Below are positions 38,498-49,013 of a DNA stretch of 64,000 bases, piece after piece. Numbering within the stretch: the stretch's first letter is position 1; each line of letters starts with the position of its first letter. Under the pieces are notes generated by a model, which did not search any database, was not told where the DNA came from, and saw nothing but the letters and a program-made list of their open reading frames with translations. A program made the position numbers and the translations under genes. The stretch comes from Actinomycetes bacterium (GTDB lineage: Bacteria; Actinomycetota; Actinomycetes; Propionibacteriales; Propionibacteriaceae), in assembly GCA_023425145.1 (NCBI GenBank), contig JAFADF010000065.1, forward strand, positions 11,528 through 75,527. The letters run 5' to 3'.

Positions 38498-41173
38498 ATG
38501 ACCGCGCTAGCTACTCGCCCCGACGTCGAGGCCACCCAGCCGCTGATGAACCATCGGCAGATTCTGTTCGTCGTGTACGGCCTGATGGCCGGCATGTTCT
38601 TGTCGTCCCTCGACCAGACGATCGTCGGCACGGCGATCCGCACCATCGGGGACGATCTGCACGGACTGGACCAGCAGGCCTGGGTGACCACCGCGTACAT
38701 GATCGCCGCCACGGTGACCACGCCGCTGTACGGCAAGCTGTCCGACCTGTTCGGACGCCGTCCGCTGTTCATCATCAGCATCTCGATCTTCGTGCTCGGC
38801 TCGCTGCTGTCCAGCTTCTCGACTTCGATGCTGATGCTGGCCGCCTTCCGCGGCTTCCAAGGGCTGGGCGCCGGCGGCCTGATGGCGCTGCCGCTGGCCA
38901 TCATGGGCGACATCATGGCTCCGCGGGAGCGAGCCAAATACCAGGGCTACTTCATGGCCACCTTCGGTGTGGCCTCGGTGGTCGGCCCGCTGATCGGCGG
39001 TGTCTTCGCCGGCACTCCCGAGATCGCCTGGATCTCCGGCTGGCGCTGGGTGTTCCTGGTGAACGTGCCGGTCGGCATCGTGGCGCTGGCCATTGTGATC
39101 ACCTTCCTGCACCTGCCGCACATCCCGCACGCTCGTCCGCGGGTCGACTGGTGGGGTGCCACTTTGGTGGTCGGCACCCTGGTGCCGCTGCTGCTGATCG
39201 CCGAGCAGGGTCGCGACTGGGGCTGGACCTCGCCGGCGGCCATCGCCTGCTACGCGCTGGGGGCAGCCGGAGCGGTCGGCTTCCTGTTGGTCGAGCGGGC
39301 CATGGGGACCGACGCGATCATTCCGCTGCACCTGTTCAACTCGAAGGCCTTCTCGATGACCATCGTGCTGAGCGTGCTGGTCGGCTTCGGGATGTTCGGC
39401 GCCATGATGACGATCCCGCTGTACCTGCAGATCGTGAACGGGCTGACCCCGACCCAGTCGGGCCTGGCCACCTTGCCGATGATGGCCGGCGTGATGATCG
39501 CCTCGATCAGCGTTGGTCAGCTGATCGGACGCACCGGCCGCTACCGGATCTTCCCGATCACCGGCACCGCGACCACCGCCCTGGGCTTCGCGATCCTGAC
39601 CCAGATCACCGCGGATCTGCCCTCGTGGTACCTGATGATCGCGATGTTCGTCATCGGCGCCGGCCTCGGCCAGCTGATGCAGACCCTGACCTTGGCCGCC
39701 CAGGCGTCCGCGCCGGCCCAAGACATCGGCGTCTCGACCAGCTCGGCGGCCTTCTTCCGGCAGATCGGCGGCACCCTGGGCACCGCGGTGCTGCTCTCGG
39801 TGCTGTTCACGGTGTTGCCCACGAACATCACCAACTCGCTCACCGATCGAAACACCCTGACCAACGCACTGGACGCGGCCCTCGACCCGGCCGTCGCCTC
39901 GGCCCCGGCCAACCGAGCCGTGATGGACAAGATGTGGTCCTCGATGCTGGACAAGCTGCACACCCAACTCGACGACAGCATGGACACCGCCACCAAGCAG
40001 GTGAAGGACGCCGTCGAGCAGAAGCTGCGCGAGAAGGTCTCCGATGCCGCGCACACCAAGTCGGCCGAAGGCGCCGGCAAGCTCGCCGACGGCGTGGATT
40101 CGCTGAGCTCGGGTCTGGGCAAGCTGGCCGACGGCACTGGCGCGTTCGTCGACGGCGTCGGCAAGATCGGCGCCGGAGCCCAGCAACTGGCCACCGGCAC
40201 CGGCAAGATCGCCACCGCCGCGGGCCAACTCAGTGACGGCCTCGGCCAGTTGGCCGGCGGGCTCGGCCAGGTCAGCGATGCGGAGAAGCAGGTGGCCGGA
40301 CTCGCCGGGGACGGATCGTCCCACTACGACAAGGCCAAGGCGGCCCTGGACGATCTGTCGTCCGACCTCACCGCGTGCGACGGCGGCGACAGCGCCTCCT
40401 GCGCCAAGCTCGACGCCGACCGGGATGCCCTGGCCAGCGCACTGAGCTCGCTCGGCGACGACATCCATGGCGTGGACGGTGCCCTGAACGGCTCCTCCGG
40501 AAAGCCGGGCCTGTCCGAATCGTTGACCGGGCTGTCCGGTGGGGCGAGCCAGCTGGCCGGCGGCAGCTCTCAGCTGGCCGGCGGTCTGCAGCAGTTGGCC
40601 ACCGGCACCCAGGCATTGGCTACCGGCGCTTCCACCGCCGCCGACAAGGGCTCACTGCTCAGCACCGGTGCCAGCGGCGCGGCCGACGGCGCCGAGAAGG
40701 TCGGCCAGGGCGTCCGCAAACTCTCCGGGATCGAGAAGGTGATCGACGACAAGGTTGCCGAGCTGCTCCCGGACGCGGAGGACAAGGCGCTGCAGACCGT
40801 GGCCGACGAGCGCCACCTCAGCGTTGTCGATCACAAGCTGACCATCGACTTCTCCGATCCGGTGCAGCGCCGGGCGATCATCGACCAGCTCGTACCCACG
40901 ATGATCGACGCCATCAACTCCGGCACCAACGATTCGGTCTCGACCGATACCGACGCCAGTGACACGTCCTTCGTGAATGGAGCCGATCGGCGACTGACCG
41001 AGCCGTTCCTCTCCGGTTTCAACGGCTCCGTGGTGACCATCTACTGGGTGGGCCTGACCGTGATGCTGGCCGCCCTAGCGCTGAGCTTGTTCTTCAAGGT
41101 GCCGCCGCTGCGCAACCGCTCGGCACTGGAGGAGAAGTCGGCCGCGGCCGGGATGGCGGCTGACGATGAGTGA
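38498..41173 (+). CDS. DHA2 (14-TMS) MFS efflux transporter with a large heptad-repeat extracellular insert
   Basis: [39 protein letters not shown]; about 400-aa GxxxLxx repeat insert before the last TM. Confidence 0.9.
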   Translation: MTALATRPDVEATQPLMNHRQILFVVYGLMAGMFLSSLDQTIVGTAIRTIGDDLHGLDQQAWVTTAYMIAATVTTPLYGKLSDLFGRRPLFIISISIFVLGSLLSSFSTSMLMLAAFRGFQGLGAGGLMALPLAIMGDIMAPRERAKYQGYFMATFGVASVVGPLIGGVFAGTPEIAWISGWRWVFLVNVPVGIVALAIVITFLHLPHIPHARPRVDWWGATLVVGTLVPLLLIAEQGRDWGWTSPAAIACYALGAAGAVGFLLVERAMGTDAIIPLHLFNSKAFSMTIVLSVLVGFGMFGAMMTIPLYLQIVNGLTPTQSGLATLPMMAGVMIASISVGQLIGRTGRYRIFPITGTATTALGFAILTQITADLPSWYLMIAMFVIGAGLGQLMQTLTLAAQASAPAQDIGVSTSSAAFFRQIGGTLGTAVLLSVLFTVLPTNITNSLTDRNTLTNALDAALDPAVASAPANRAVMDKMWSSMLDKLHTQLDDSMDTATKQVKDAVEQKLREKVSDAAHTKSAEGAGKLADGVDSLSSGLGKLADGTGAFVDGVGKIGAGAQQLATGTGKIATAAGQLSDGLGQLAGGLGQVSDAEKQVAGLAGDGSSHYDKAKAALDDLSSDLTACDGGDSASCAKLDADRDALASALSSLGDDIHGVDGALNGSSGKPGLSESLTGLSGGASQLAGGSSQLAGGLQQLATGTQALATGASTAADKGSLLSTGASGAADGAEKVGQGVRKLSGIEKVIDDKVAELLPDAEDKALQTVADERHLSVVDHKLTIDFSDPVQRRAIIDQLVPTMIDAINSGTNDSVSTDTDASDTSFVNGADRRLTEPFLSGFNGSVVTIYWVGLTVMLAALALSLFFKVPPLRNRSALEEKSAAAGMAADDE

Positions 41174-41765
41174 GTCGAGCGTCCACGACGGCTGCAGTTC
41201 GCTGCGCGAGCGCAAGAAGCTGGCCACCCGCTTGGCGATTCACGATGTCGCCTTGCGGCTGGTCAGCGAACGAGGCCCGGAGGGGGTCACCGTCGAGGAG
41301 ATCTGCGCCGAGGTCGGCATCTCGGAGCGCACCTTCTTCAACTACTACCCCACCAAGCTGGCCGCGGCCTTCGACCTCACTGAGGCCCGGGTCAGCGATG
41401 AGGCCCGCGATCGCTTCCTCAACGGAACCGGGAATCTGGTGGACGACCTGTGTGATCTCGTCGCGGCCAGCATCGAGGTGCCGCGCAACTTCCTGCGGGT
41501 GAAGTCGCTGATGCACCAGTACTCTGAGCTCGCCCTGAGCTTCTGGCAGCAGATGAACCTGCGGCGACGTCCGGTGATCGAGATCGCCCAGAGTCGGGCC
41601 GCCGATGACCAAACCGCCGCCAACGCCTTCGCTGTGGTGATGGTCGCGATGATGGCCATCTTGCGCAAGCAAGGCGACACCGACCCGAGCTCGATCGCCG
41701 CCCGGCTCAGGGCCGAGGTCCGTGGCCTGGCCGAACTGATCCTCGACGACAAGCCGTCCACCTAG
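41166..41765 (+). CDS. TetR-family regulator
   Basis: [32 protein letters not shown]. Confidence 0.92.
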   Translation: MSESSVHDGCSSLRERKKLATRLAIHDVALRLVSERGPEGVTVEEICAEVGISERTFFNYYPTKLAAAFDLTEARVSDEARDRFLNGTGNLVDDLCDLVAASIEVPRNFLRVKSLMHQYSELALSFWQQMNLRRRPVIEIAQSRAADDQTAANAFAVVMVAMMAILRKQGDTDPSSIAARLRAEVRGLAELILDDKPST

Positions 41766-41839
41766 TTCCACGCCGCAGGACATGGGGACAGTCCCCCTTT
41801 CTGCGGGGGTGCTCGGTGGCGTGGCCACGCGGCCACCGA

Positions 41840-43222
41840 CTAGCTGAGCGGCGGAACCTCCTGGGCCCACGGACGGATCCGCTCCAGTTGGGCCGACACC
41901 TGGATCAGGGTCGGTTCACCGTTGGGTGCACCGACCAGCTGGACGCTCAGTGGCAGCCCGTCGGCGCTGAAGCCGGACGGGATCGCCGCGGCCGGATTGC
42001 CCAACACATTCCAGATCGAGGTGAACCCCGACGTGGCCGTCGCCGGACCGGTGGCGGCCAGCGCGCCACGTCCATCCAGCTGACCGACCGGGACGGCCGG
42101 GGTCGGTGTGGTCGGCATCAGCAACAGGTCGTGGCTGGCGAAGTAGTCGGCAGCGAAGGCGGCACCGGCGGCCTGGCCGTCCCGCTCGGCCTTGGCGGCC
42201 AAGCCGCGCAGCGGAGCGGTCAGCCGCATCAGGTTGCGGGTGCGTCGCTCGAGGAGCTGGGGATGCTCGGCCCGCGCCGCCTCTTCAGCCACGCCGGCTG
42301 CGGTCTGCGCCATGAAGGTGAGCGCCACGTTCGGGAACTTCGGGTTCACCGGCTCAACCAGGTGGCCGAGCTCGGCCAGGGCGTCCGCGGTGTCGAGAAG
42401 GGCCTTGGTGGTCTCGGCATCGGCGGACGCTCCGGCGAACTTCGTCAGATAGCCGATCCGGAGCCGTCCGGGTTCGCGCTGGTAGGCCTGGGTGAGGGTG
42501 ATCGGCAGCGGCTCAGCCTGCCAGGCGTCGGTCGGCGTGGAGCCGGTGATGGCGTCGTAGATCAACGCGCTGTCCTCAACGGTCCTGGTCAGCGGGCCGA
42601 TCACGCCCAGCGAGCGCCACAGGTGGGCGTTCGGTGCGGCGCTGGTTCGGCCGCGCTGGCACTTCAGCCCGAACAGGCCGCACCACGACGACGGCAGCCG
42701 GATCGAACCACCCCCGTCCCCGCCGATCGCCGCAGCCACCATGCCGGACGCCACCGCCGCCGCCGAACCGCCGGACGAGCCTGCGGTCGAGCGCAGCGGG
42801 TTCCACGGATTGCGGGTGTAGCCATTGGCGCTGGTCTCGGTCCACGGCCAAATCCCGAACTCCGGCATCCGGGTCTTGCCGATGATCACTGCACCGGCCG
42901 CGCGCAGCTTGCGCACCACCTCGCTGTCGGCGGCGGCCGGCGTGCTGAAGGCCGCCCCGCCATAGGCGGTCGGCAGCCCGGCCACGTCGTTCTCATCCTT
43001 GATCGCGATCGGCACCCCATGCAGTGGGCCGCGGTCGGCCGCCGGAGTCGCGTCCCGCTGGACGGCCTCGGCCCGGGCCTGCTCGTCCAGCACCGCCACG
43101 AAGGCGTTGAGCCGGTGATCCAGCCGGCGAATCTGAGCCAGCGACTGCTCGACGAGTTCCGCCGACGTCACCTCACCGGCGGCCACCCGACGGGCTTGTT
43201 CTGCGAAGGATACGAACTCCAT
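41840..43222 (-). CDS. Amidase (amidase signature family)
   Basis: GPLHGVPIAIKD, GSSGGSAAAVA, GGDGGGSIRLP. Confidence 0.92.
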   Translation of the reverse strand: MEFVSFAEQARRVAAGEVTSAELVEQSLAQIRRLDHRLNAFVAVLDEQARAEAVQRDATPAADRGPLHGVPIAIKDENDVAGLPTAYGGAAFSTPAAADSEVVRKLRAAGAVIIGKTRMPEFGIWPWTETSANGYTRNPWNPLRSTAGSSGGSAAAVASGMVAAAIGGDGGGSIRLPSSWCGLFGLKCQRGRTSAAPNAHLWRSLGVIGPLTRTVEDSALIYDAITGSTPTDAWQAEPLPITLTQAYQREPGRLRIGYLTKFAGASADAETTKALLDTADALAELGHLVEPVNPKFPNVALTFMAQTAAGVAEEAARAEHPQLLERRTRNLMRLTAPLRGLAAKAERDGQAAGAAFAADYFASHDLLLMPTTPTPAVPVGQLDGRGALAATGPATATSGFTSIWNVLGNPAAAIPSGFSADGLPLSVQLVGAPNGEPTLIQVSAQLERIRPWAQEVPPLS

Positions 43223-43274
43223 GCCTGCATCATCGGGCCAGATTCACCTGGTCAGCACCGATTTCGCAGGACTG

Positions 43275-44111
43275 TCACAAAGCTGCCACAAAGCTGTCGA
43301 CAATGCCGACGAGTTGCTCTTCCGCGGTGGTCCGCGGGACCGTCGGCACGCCGTCGCCGGCCTGTGGGCCGTAGCGCCCGAAGAAGGAGTGGACGGCCCC
43401 GTCCAACTGCACCTTCTTGGTGCCGTCCGGTAGCCGTTTGAGTCCGCCGTTCAGCTTGGTCTTGTCGACCACCTTGTCGTTCTCGGCGTCGACCACCAGC
43501 GCCTTCAGCCCGGGAATGCCGCTGAGATCGTTGTCGTCGGGCGGGTAGGACGCCAGCAGAACCAGGCCGGAGACCGGATGCGAACCCCACTTGTCTTGGT
43601 CGGCCACGAATCGGGCGGCCATCGACCCGCCCAGTGAATGGCCGATCAACACGACCTTCTTGCCCCGGCCGTAGCTGGCCAGCATCGACTTGGCCCGATC
43701 CGGCTGCAGCACCGGCAGGTCGAACCAGAACTCGGGGATGATCGTGGTGCGCCCCGCAGCAGCCTCACGCCGGGCCAGCCATTCGTAGGCCTGCGGGCGG
43801 ACCAGACCGCCGGGGTAGATCACCACCAGCACGTCCGATTCGGCCACCCCGGCCGGCGGCTCGACCAACAAGTAGCGGCCGTCGTCGGTCTTCAGCGTGA
43901 CCTTCGCCTTGGCGCTGGCAGCGTTCGAGATCGCATCCTGACCGGGAACCAGCGGCGGCCGAACCAGGATCGGCCAGCCAAAGCCGAGGCTGAACGCCAG
44001 CGCCGCGACCAGCAACAACAGCAGCCGTCGCGGCCATCGGCGAGTCGGACCGGACTGGCTGCCGCGGGGTGACCGACCGCTTCCCCCGGAGGTTGAACTC
44101 GCCCGCGCCAT
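43275..44111 (-). CDS. Membrane-anchored alpha/beta hydrolase
   Basis: N-terminal TM; YPGG, GHSLGG, D, HSFFG. Confidence 0.85.
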   Translation of the reverse strand: MARASSTSGGSGRSPRGSQSGPTRRWPRRLLLLLVAALAFSLGFGWPILVRPPLVPGQDAISNAASAKAKVTLKTDDGRYLLVEPPAGVAESDVLVVIYPGGLVRPQAYEWLARREAAAGRTTIIPEFWFDLPVLQPDRAKSMLASYGRGKKVVLIGHSLGGSMAARFVADQDKWGSHPVSGLVLLASYPPDDNDLSGIPGLKALVVDAENDKVVDKTKLNGGLKRLPDGTKKVQLDGAVHSFFGRYGPQAGDGVPTVPRTTAEEQLVGIVDSFVAAL

Positions 44112-45037
44112 CAGGCGCGACCCAGGCCCGGTTGCGGGCGCCAGTGCAGGCCGGCGTCGGCCGACACCAGCGGCTCCTGGGCAGCTGCGACGCCTGCAAC
44201 GACGAGCTCGAGGTCGGGGTTCAGCTGCCGCTTGAGCAGCGCCAGCCCGATCGGGCCGAGTTCGTGGTGCCGCTGTGAGCTGCCCATTCGACCGACGACC
44301 TGGCCGTCGGACAGGACGTCCGCGCCCACCGGGGGCAGGGTGTCGTCCGAGCCGTCCAACAGCAGCCGGGTCAGCCGGCGCGGTGGACGGCCGAGGTTGT
44401 AGACCCGGGCCACGGTCTCCTGGCCCGGATAGCAGCCCTTGTGCAGGTGGACGGCCGGGCCGAGCAGGTCGCCGTCGGGGTTGGCCAACTCGTTGGGGAT
44501 GGTCCGCTCGTCGGTGTCGACGAAGATCCGCGGGATGCCGGCCTCGATCCGCAGCGCGTCCACGGCCCAGGTGCCGGCCCTGACGTTGCCGAGGGTGGCC
44601 TCGAGCCGGTCGGCGGCAATCACCGAAGGCGCCGCGCCGGGCGCCATGGCCAGGACGAACCCGTCCGGCGTGCCCAGCTCGACGCGCGCCGCAAAGATCA
44701 TCTTGCCTAGCCAAGCGAGGAGCTCGGGCAGCCGGCCCGGCTCGGTGTGACACCACAGCGTGGTGCCGTCATCGGTGGCCCCGAAGACGTGGTTCAGGTG
44801 GCCTTGCGGACTGAGGATGTAGGCCACCGTCGGCTGACCGGGCGCGAGGTTGGCGAAGTCCTGGCTGGTGATGTCGTTCAGCCAGCGCAACCGGTCCGGG
44901 CCGCTGATCGTGAAGATCGGGCGGTGCGACAGGTCGACTCCGGCCTTGCCGGCCGCGAGCTGCTTCTGCTCGCGAAAGGGGTCGCCGTAATGCCAGATGG
45001 CCCCGGCGTCGATGCCCTCGCCGACCTGGACGCTCAC
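44111..45037 (-). CDS. ygfZ: Folate-binding protein YgfZ/GcvT family
   Basis: KGCYPGQE signature; WHYGDP..EQ. Confidence 0.9.
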   Translation of the reverse strand: MSVQVGEGIDAGAIWHYGDPFREQKQLAAGKAGVDLSHRPIFTISGPDRLRWLNDITSQDFANLAPGQPTVAYILSPQGHLNHVFGATDDGTTLWCHTEPGRLPELLAWLGKMIFAARVELGTPDGFVLAMAPGAAPSVIAADRLEATLGNVRAGTWAVDALRIEAGIPRIFVDTDERTIPNELANPDGDLLGPAVHLHKGCYPGQETVARVYNLGRPPRRLTRLLLDGSDDTLPPVGADVLSDGQVVGRMGSSQRHHELGPIGLALLKRQLNPDLELVVAGVAAAQEPLVSADAGLHWRPQPGLGRA

Positions 45038-45531
45038 CGGCGCTCCAGGGTCGCCCAGATGTAGGGCTGCAGCTCCTCGGTCTCGGTGGCGCGGTCGAAG
45101 GAGAACATCAGCTTGCCTTCGACGGCGCCGTAGAGGCGGCGTCCGGCGGTGTAGGCGACCTTGGCGTCGCGGGTGCGGGCCACGGCGTCGGTGATCAGGT
45201 CCAGGCGTCCGGGGGCCAGCTTGCCGAACCAGATCTCGGCGTAGCCGTCCGGGGAGGTCATCATCACGTCCACGGTGCCGTCGGCCAGCGGACGCCAGAA
45301 GCCGGTCTCCATGAACAGAGCCCGCTCGGGCTTGCCGTCGGCGTCGGTCAGGAAGGCCTGCGCCAGGTAGTGCAGGAAGTCGCCGCCGTTATCGGCGAAA
45401 TCGATCTGGATCGCGTAGCTGACCTTGTCTTCGCCGGGCCACTGCCGGTAGCCGGTGCCCTCCCAGCGTCCGCGCAGCCAGGCCAGCCCGACCAAAGCCG
45501 GGTTCAGGTCGGACGGGATTTCAAAGGCCAT
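45034..45531 (-). CDS. FABP/nitrobindin-like (DUF1794) protein
   Basis: LAWL.G.WEG.G, ETGFWR, RLYG.VEG.L; adjacent to ygfZ. Confidence 0.85.
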   Translation of the reverse strand: MAFEIPSDLNPALVGLAWLRGRWEGTGYRQWPGEDKVSYAIQIDFADNGGDFLHYLAQAFLTDADGKPERALFMETGFWRPLADGTVDVMMTSPDGYAEIWFGKLAPGRLDLITDAVARTRDAKVAYTAGRRLYGAVEGKLMFSFDRATETEELQPYIWATLERR

Positions 45532-45649
45532 CTTTACCTCCTCGGCCGCGGAGCATCACGAACAAGCCCCAGCCGGCCAGCAGAATCAGCACGACGCAAC
45601 CGCCGCCCATCACCCAACCGGTCACCGAGAGCGGAATGAGGCTGAGCAC
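45521..45649 (-). CDS. Putative 42-aa single-TM small protein
   Basis: (V)LSLIPLSVTGWVMGGGCVVLILLAGWGLFVMLRGRGGKDGL; TATGCT just upstream of GTG; overlaps the FABP start. Confidence 0.5.
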   Translation of the reverse strand: MLSLIPLSVTGWVMGGGCVVLILLAGWGLFVMLRGRGGKDGL

Positions 45650-45680
45650 CCCAGCAGCATAACCGGCCCACCCCAGCCAC

Positions 45681-45843
45681 CCCCGGGACAAAACGGGGAC
45701 GGTTCCTGTTACGTCCCAACTCACCCAGCCCGATCGGCGGGGACGGTTCCATTACCGTCCACCCCCGGGACAAAACGGGGACGGTTCCATTACCGTCCAC
45801 CCCCGTCAGCCCGATCGGCGGGGACGGTTCCAATACCGTCCAC
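45681..45843 (-). repeat. REP-like array, same 25-bp unit as at 31.2 kb, with alternating spacers
   Basis: ggggacggttccattaccgtccac at 45695 (degenerate), 45739, 45777, 45820; spacers cccgggacaaaac / cagcccgatcggc. Confidence 0.85.
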
Positions 45844-45884
45844 GCCTCCGAGCTCGCTCTTGCCGGCCGCCTAGCCTGACTTCC

Positions 45885-46652
45885 ATGCCGTTCACGCCGA
45901 GTCACGTCGCCGCGGTGCTTCCACTGCGCGGCTGCGACGCGGCGCTTCCGTTCGCGGCGCTGGCGATCGGCAGCATGAGCCCCGACCTGCCCTACTACCT
46001 GCCAGGGCTGCGCTGGCTGGGCGCCCTCACCCACACAGCCTGGGCGGTGCCGAGCCTCGATCTCGTGCTGGGCCTGACCGCCTGGCTGCTGTGGCGGTGG
46101 TTGGCACCGGCAGTGAACGAGCTCTCGCCGTTGCCGATCCGGCGCCGATGGCGGCTCCCATCAACGCGTCCGCAATGGTGGGGCGTCCTTGCCGCTGTGA
46201 CAATCGGTGCAGCCACTCACGTCCTGATCGACGAGTTCACCCATGCCGGACGCTTTGGCGCGACCCACATCGCCGCGCTTGCCGCCAGTTACCCGTCACC
46301 ATTGGGCGGCGCCTGGGAGGGCTACCGCTGGGCGCAATACCTCGGCGGAGCGCTGGGGCTGATCGCACTGGCCTGGGTTGCCGGACGCAGTCAGGTGACC
46401 GCCGTCCCGTCCGACCCACCACCGCTGGCTCGCTGGCTGCCATGGACGGCCGTTGCTGCCGGCCTCGGCGGCGCAGCCATCGCCATCGCCCTTGGCGGCG
46501 GACCGTCCATCGGGCCGCGAGCGGCAGTCTTCGTCACACTCACCGGCGGGATCGCCGCATCGGCCGCAGCGGTTGCCGGCCTCGCCGTCGTCCACAGACT
46601 GCGGCGAAAGGCGTCGCTCCAGCCCCGGTCGTCCACAGCCTCGCCGAACTGA
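45885..46652 (+). CDS. DUF4184 family membrane protein
   Basis: MPFTPSHVAAVLP, GSMSPDL, THVLIDEFTH, WAQY. Confidence 0.85.
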   Translation: MPFTPSHVAAVLPLRGCDAALPFAALAIGSMSPDLPYYLPGLRWLGALTHTAWAVPSLDLVLGLTAWLLWRWLAPAVNELSPLPIRRRWRLPSTRPQWWGVLAAVTIGAATHVLIDEFTHAGRFGATHIAALAASYPSPLGGAWEGYRWAQYLGGALGLIALAWVAGRSQVTAVPSDPPPLARWLPWTAVAAGLGGAAIAIALGGGPSIGPRAAVFVTLTGGIAASAAAVAGLAVVHRLRRKASLQPRSSTASPN

Positions 46653-46685
46653 ACGGATCAGCCGACAACGCTCGACCATGTGGGC

Positions 46686-47645
46686 ATGGGCACCACGAAG
46701 GTCTGGACGCTGCCAGACAACCCCGTCCGCGCCCGCGAGCTCGAGCGCGCTGTCGGCAGGAAAGCACTCGCCACTCAACTGCGTCGCGGCGCACTGGTTC
46801 AGGTCAGGCGCGGCGTATACGTGTCGAGTTCGGCATGGTCGGACGACCCGCTGGTGCAGCATCTTCTTCGGGCAAGGGCCGAGGTCGCCGCGAACCCGGA
46901 TGCAGTGATCAGCCATCAGTCCGCGGCCGCCACCTGGCTCCTGCCCGCACCCACCGCGACCGGCTGGACGGACCTGGCCGTGTCGATCACCCTGCCCGCG
47001 GGCTACAGCTACCGCTCCAGCCGCAGTTCCACCGGCATCCACCACGTGGCCGCTCTGCCACCGGTTGACCTCACCCGCGACGACGCCGGAGTCCCGATCA
47101 CCACCGTCCAGCGCACGGCAATCGACCTTGCCGCCGGGCTGTCCCTTCCGGAGTCGTTGGTGATCCTCGATGGTGCGGCCCGGCTGATCTGCGCCGGGTT
47201 CGTCGGCTCGATTCGGCGGCGCGACTACGTGAATCCCGCCTTCGTCTCGACGATCCGCAACCAGCTTCTCGCGACAGCCTGCACCCATCGCCACTCAGGC
47301 CTGGCCGACGCCATCGGGCTGTGTGAGCCGTGCCGAGAATCGGCTGCAGAGTCGCTTTCGGCCGGGCACTTCCATTGCGCCGGGCTCCCGGCACCGGTAT
47401 TCCAGGCATCGATCAGGACGCCGATCGGCATCTTCTATCCCGACTGCCTGTGGGCAGAGCAGCGCGTGATCGGCGAGTGCGACGACGCCGTGAAGTACGC
47501 CGACCCGGATGCGTTTGTCCGCGAGAAGCAGCGCGAGCAAGCGTTGCGTGATCAGGGGTACCGCGTGGTCCGCTGGCTGGCCAAGGAGATCCTGCTCTCA
47601 CCGGCCGTCGTCGTCGACCGGGTCGGACGGGCGCTGGGTTGCTGA
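46686..47645 (+). CDS. AbiEi-like wHTH + DUF559/Vsr-like putative endonuclease (paralog of 28093-28992)
   Basis: LVQVRRGVY, SHQSAA, PITTVQRT..DL, ESAAES, YPDC, GECD..VKY, EKQRE, VVRW. Confidence 0.78.
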   Translation: MGTTKVWTLPDNPVRARELERAVGRKALATQLRRGALVQVRRGVYVSSSAWSDDPLVQHLLRARAEVAANPDAVISHQSAAATWLLPAPTATGWTDLAVSITLPAGYSYRSSRSSTGIHHVAALPPVDLTRDDAGVPITTVQRTAIDLAAGLSLPESLVILDGAARLICAGFVGSIRRRDYVNPAFVSTIRNQLLATACTHRHSGLADAIGLCEPCRESAAESLSAGHFHCAGLPAPVFQASIRTPIGIFYPDCLWAEQRVIGECDDAVKYADPDAFVREKQREQALRDQGYRVVRWLAKEILLSPAVVVDRVGRALGC

Positions 47646-47669
47646 CCACCTGGCTGCGGGCTAAAACCA

Positions 47670-47739
47670 GCGAGGGCTCGCCTTGTCGCCGAGAGCTTCA
47701 CCCCAGGGACGAGCCTTCGGCGCTAAGGCGAGCCCTCGC
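47670..47739. repeat. ~70-bp palindromic element, copy 3
   Basis: gcgagggctcgcctt...aaggcgagccctcgc. Confidence 0.8.
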
Positions 47740-47778
47740 CGGTGAAGTGGGGGCCATGAAGGTGCTTGGATGGACGCC

Positions 47779-48210
47779 GTGAGAGCGGTGGCGCAGCGAG
47801 TCAGTTCGGCCCAGGTGAGCGTGGCCGGCCAGGTGATCGGACGGATCGACGAACCGGGGCTGATGGTGTTGGTCGGAGTCACCCACACCGACACCGAACA
47901 GACCGCCGCGAAGCTGGCCGCCAAGCTCTGGCAGCTGCGGATCATGGCGGACGAGCAGTCCTGCGCCGACCTGAACGCGCCGCTGTTGGTGGTCAGCCAG
48001 TTCACTTTGTACGCCGACACCCGCAAGGGACGCCGTCCGTCCTGGTCGAAAGCCGCTCCCGGCCCGATCAGCGAGCCGCTGGTGGAGTGCTTCGTCGAAG
48101 AACTGCGCAGCCTCGGCGCGACCGTTGAGACCGGGCAATTCGGTGCCGACATGGAGGTTTCGCTAGTGAATCAGGGACCAATGACCCTGATCATCGACAC
48201 AGACGATTAG
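47779..48210 (+). CDS. dtd: D-aminoacyl-tRNA deacylase
   Basis: RAVAQRV, VVSQFTL, GRRPS, FGADM.V.LVNQGP. Confidence 0.93.
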   Translation: MRAVAQRVSSAQVSVAGQVIGRIDEPGLMVLVGVTHTDTEQTAAKLAAKLWQLRIMADEQSCADLNAPLLVVSQFTLYADTRKGRRPSWSKAAPGPISEPLVECFVEELRSLGATVETGQFGADMEVSLVNQGPMTLIIDTDD

Positions 48211-48295
48211 TCCGCGATAGCGCTACCGCAGCGCTGAGAGCACTCGGTTCACTAAGGTTTACCCGAAAGCAACGCGCCTGACGCGAGGAGGTGGC

Positions 48296-48973
48296 ATGGC
48301 GCAACTGCTCCTGGTGAGCAATGAAGTGACCAGCGGTGCGCCTGCCGAACGCTCACTGCCAGTCCTCGCGCTGCTCCCGCACACGATCCAGCAGGTCGCC
48401 GCCGACACTCAGGCGCTGACCGAGTCGGCCCGCTGCGACCTGGTCGTCCTGGACGGACGCAAGGACCTGGCCGGCGCCCGGATGATGGCTCGCCTCTTCC
48501 AGTCGTCCGGCTCGACCGTCCCGTTGCTGTTGGTGCTCACCGAGAGTGGGCTGGCCGCGGTCGCCTCCGACTGGAACATTTCCGACATGGTGCTGGACAC
48601 CGCCGGTCCCGCCGAGTTCGAGGCCCGGATTCGGCTGCTGGTCACCTCAGCGGCCAATGACGGCCTGATCTCGTCGGGCGGCATCGTGATCGACGACGCC
48701 GCCTACTCGGTGATGTTGGAGGGCGAGCCGCTCGACCTGACCTACACCGAGTTCGAGCTGCTGAAGTACCTTGTGCAGCACCCCGGACGGGTCTTCAGCC
48801 GCGAGCACCTGCTGGCTGACGTGTGGGGCTACGACTACTACGGCGGCACTCGCACGGTGGACGTCCACGTCCGGCGGCTGCGGGCCAAGCTCGGCCCCGA
48901 GCATGAAGCGCTGATCGGCACCGTCCGCAATGTCGGCTACCGGTTCTCCCCCGACGGTGGACCGCGGCACTGA
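48296..48973 (+). CDS. glnR: GlnR-like OmpR-family response regulator
   Basis: LTYTEFELLKYL..PGRVFSRE..VWGYDYYGGTRTVDVHVRRLRAKLG; adjacent to mshD. Confidence 0.85.
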   Translation: MAQLLLVSNEVTSGAPAERSLPVLALLPHTIQQVAADTQALTESARCDLVVLDGRKDLAGARMMARLFQSSGSTVPLLLVLTESGLAAVASDWNISDMVLDTAGPAEFEARIRLLVTSAANDGLISSGGIVIDDAAYSVMLEGEPLDLTYTEFELLKYLVQHPGRVFSREHLLADVWGYDYYGGTRTVDVHVRRLRAKLGPEHEALIGTVRNVGYRFSPDGGPRH

Positions 48974-49013
48974 TCGCCGTTCTGCCGTAACGCAGCGCGG
49001 CTAGCCTGGCCAT

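Noticed and set aside
45681..45843. Possible CRISPR array
   Set aside because: Spacers are short and alternate between two repeated sequences
47461..47500. Second AbiEi-like gene as a pseudogene (GECDD instead of GEFDG)
   Set aside because: The ORF is full length without stops or frameshifts; substitutions alone are insufficient
48247..48273. GlnR or PHO-like site upstream of glnR (GTTCAC..GTTTAC..GCAAC)
   Set aside because: Spacing is ambiguous (10-bp period) and the match is too weak to call
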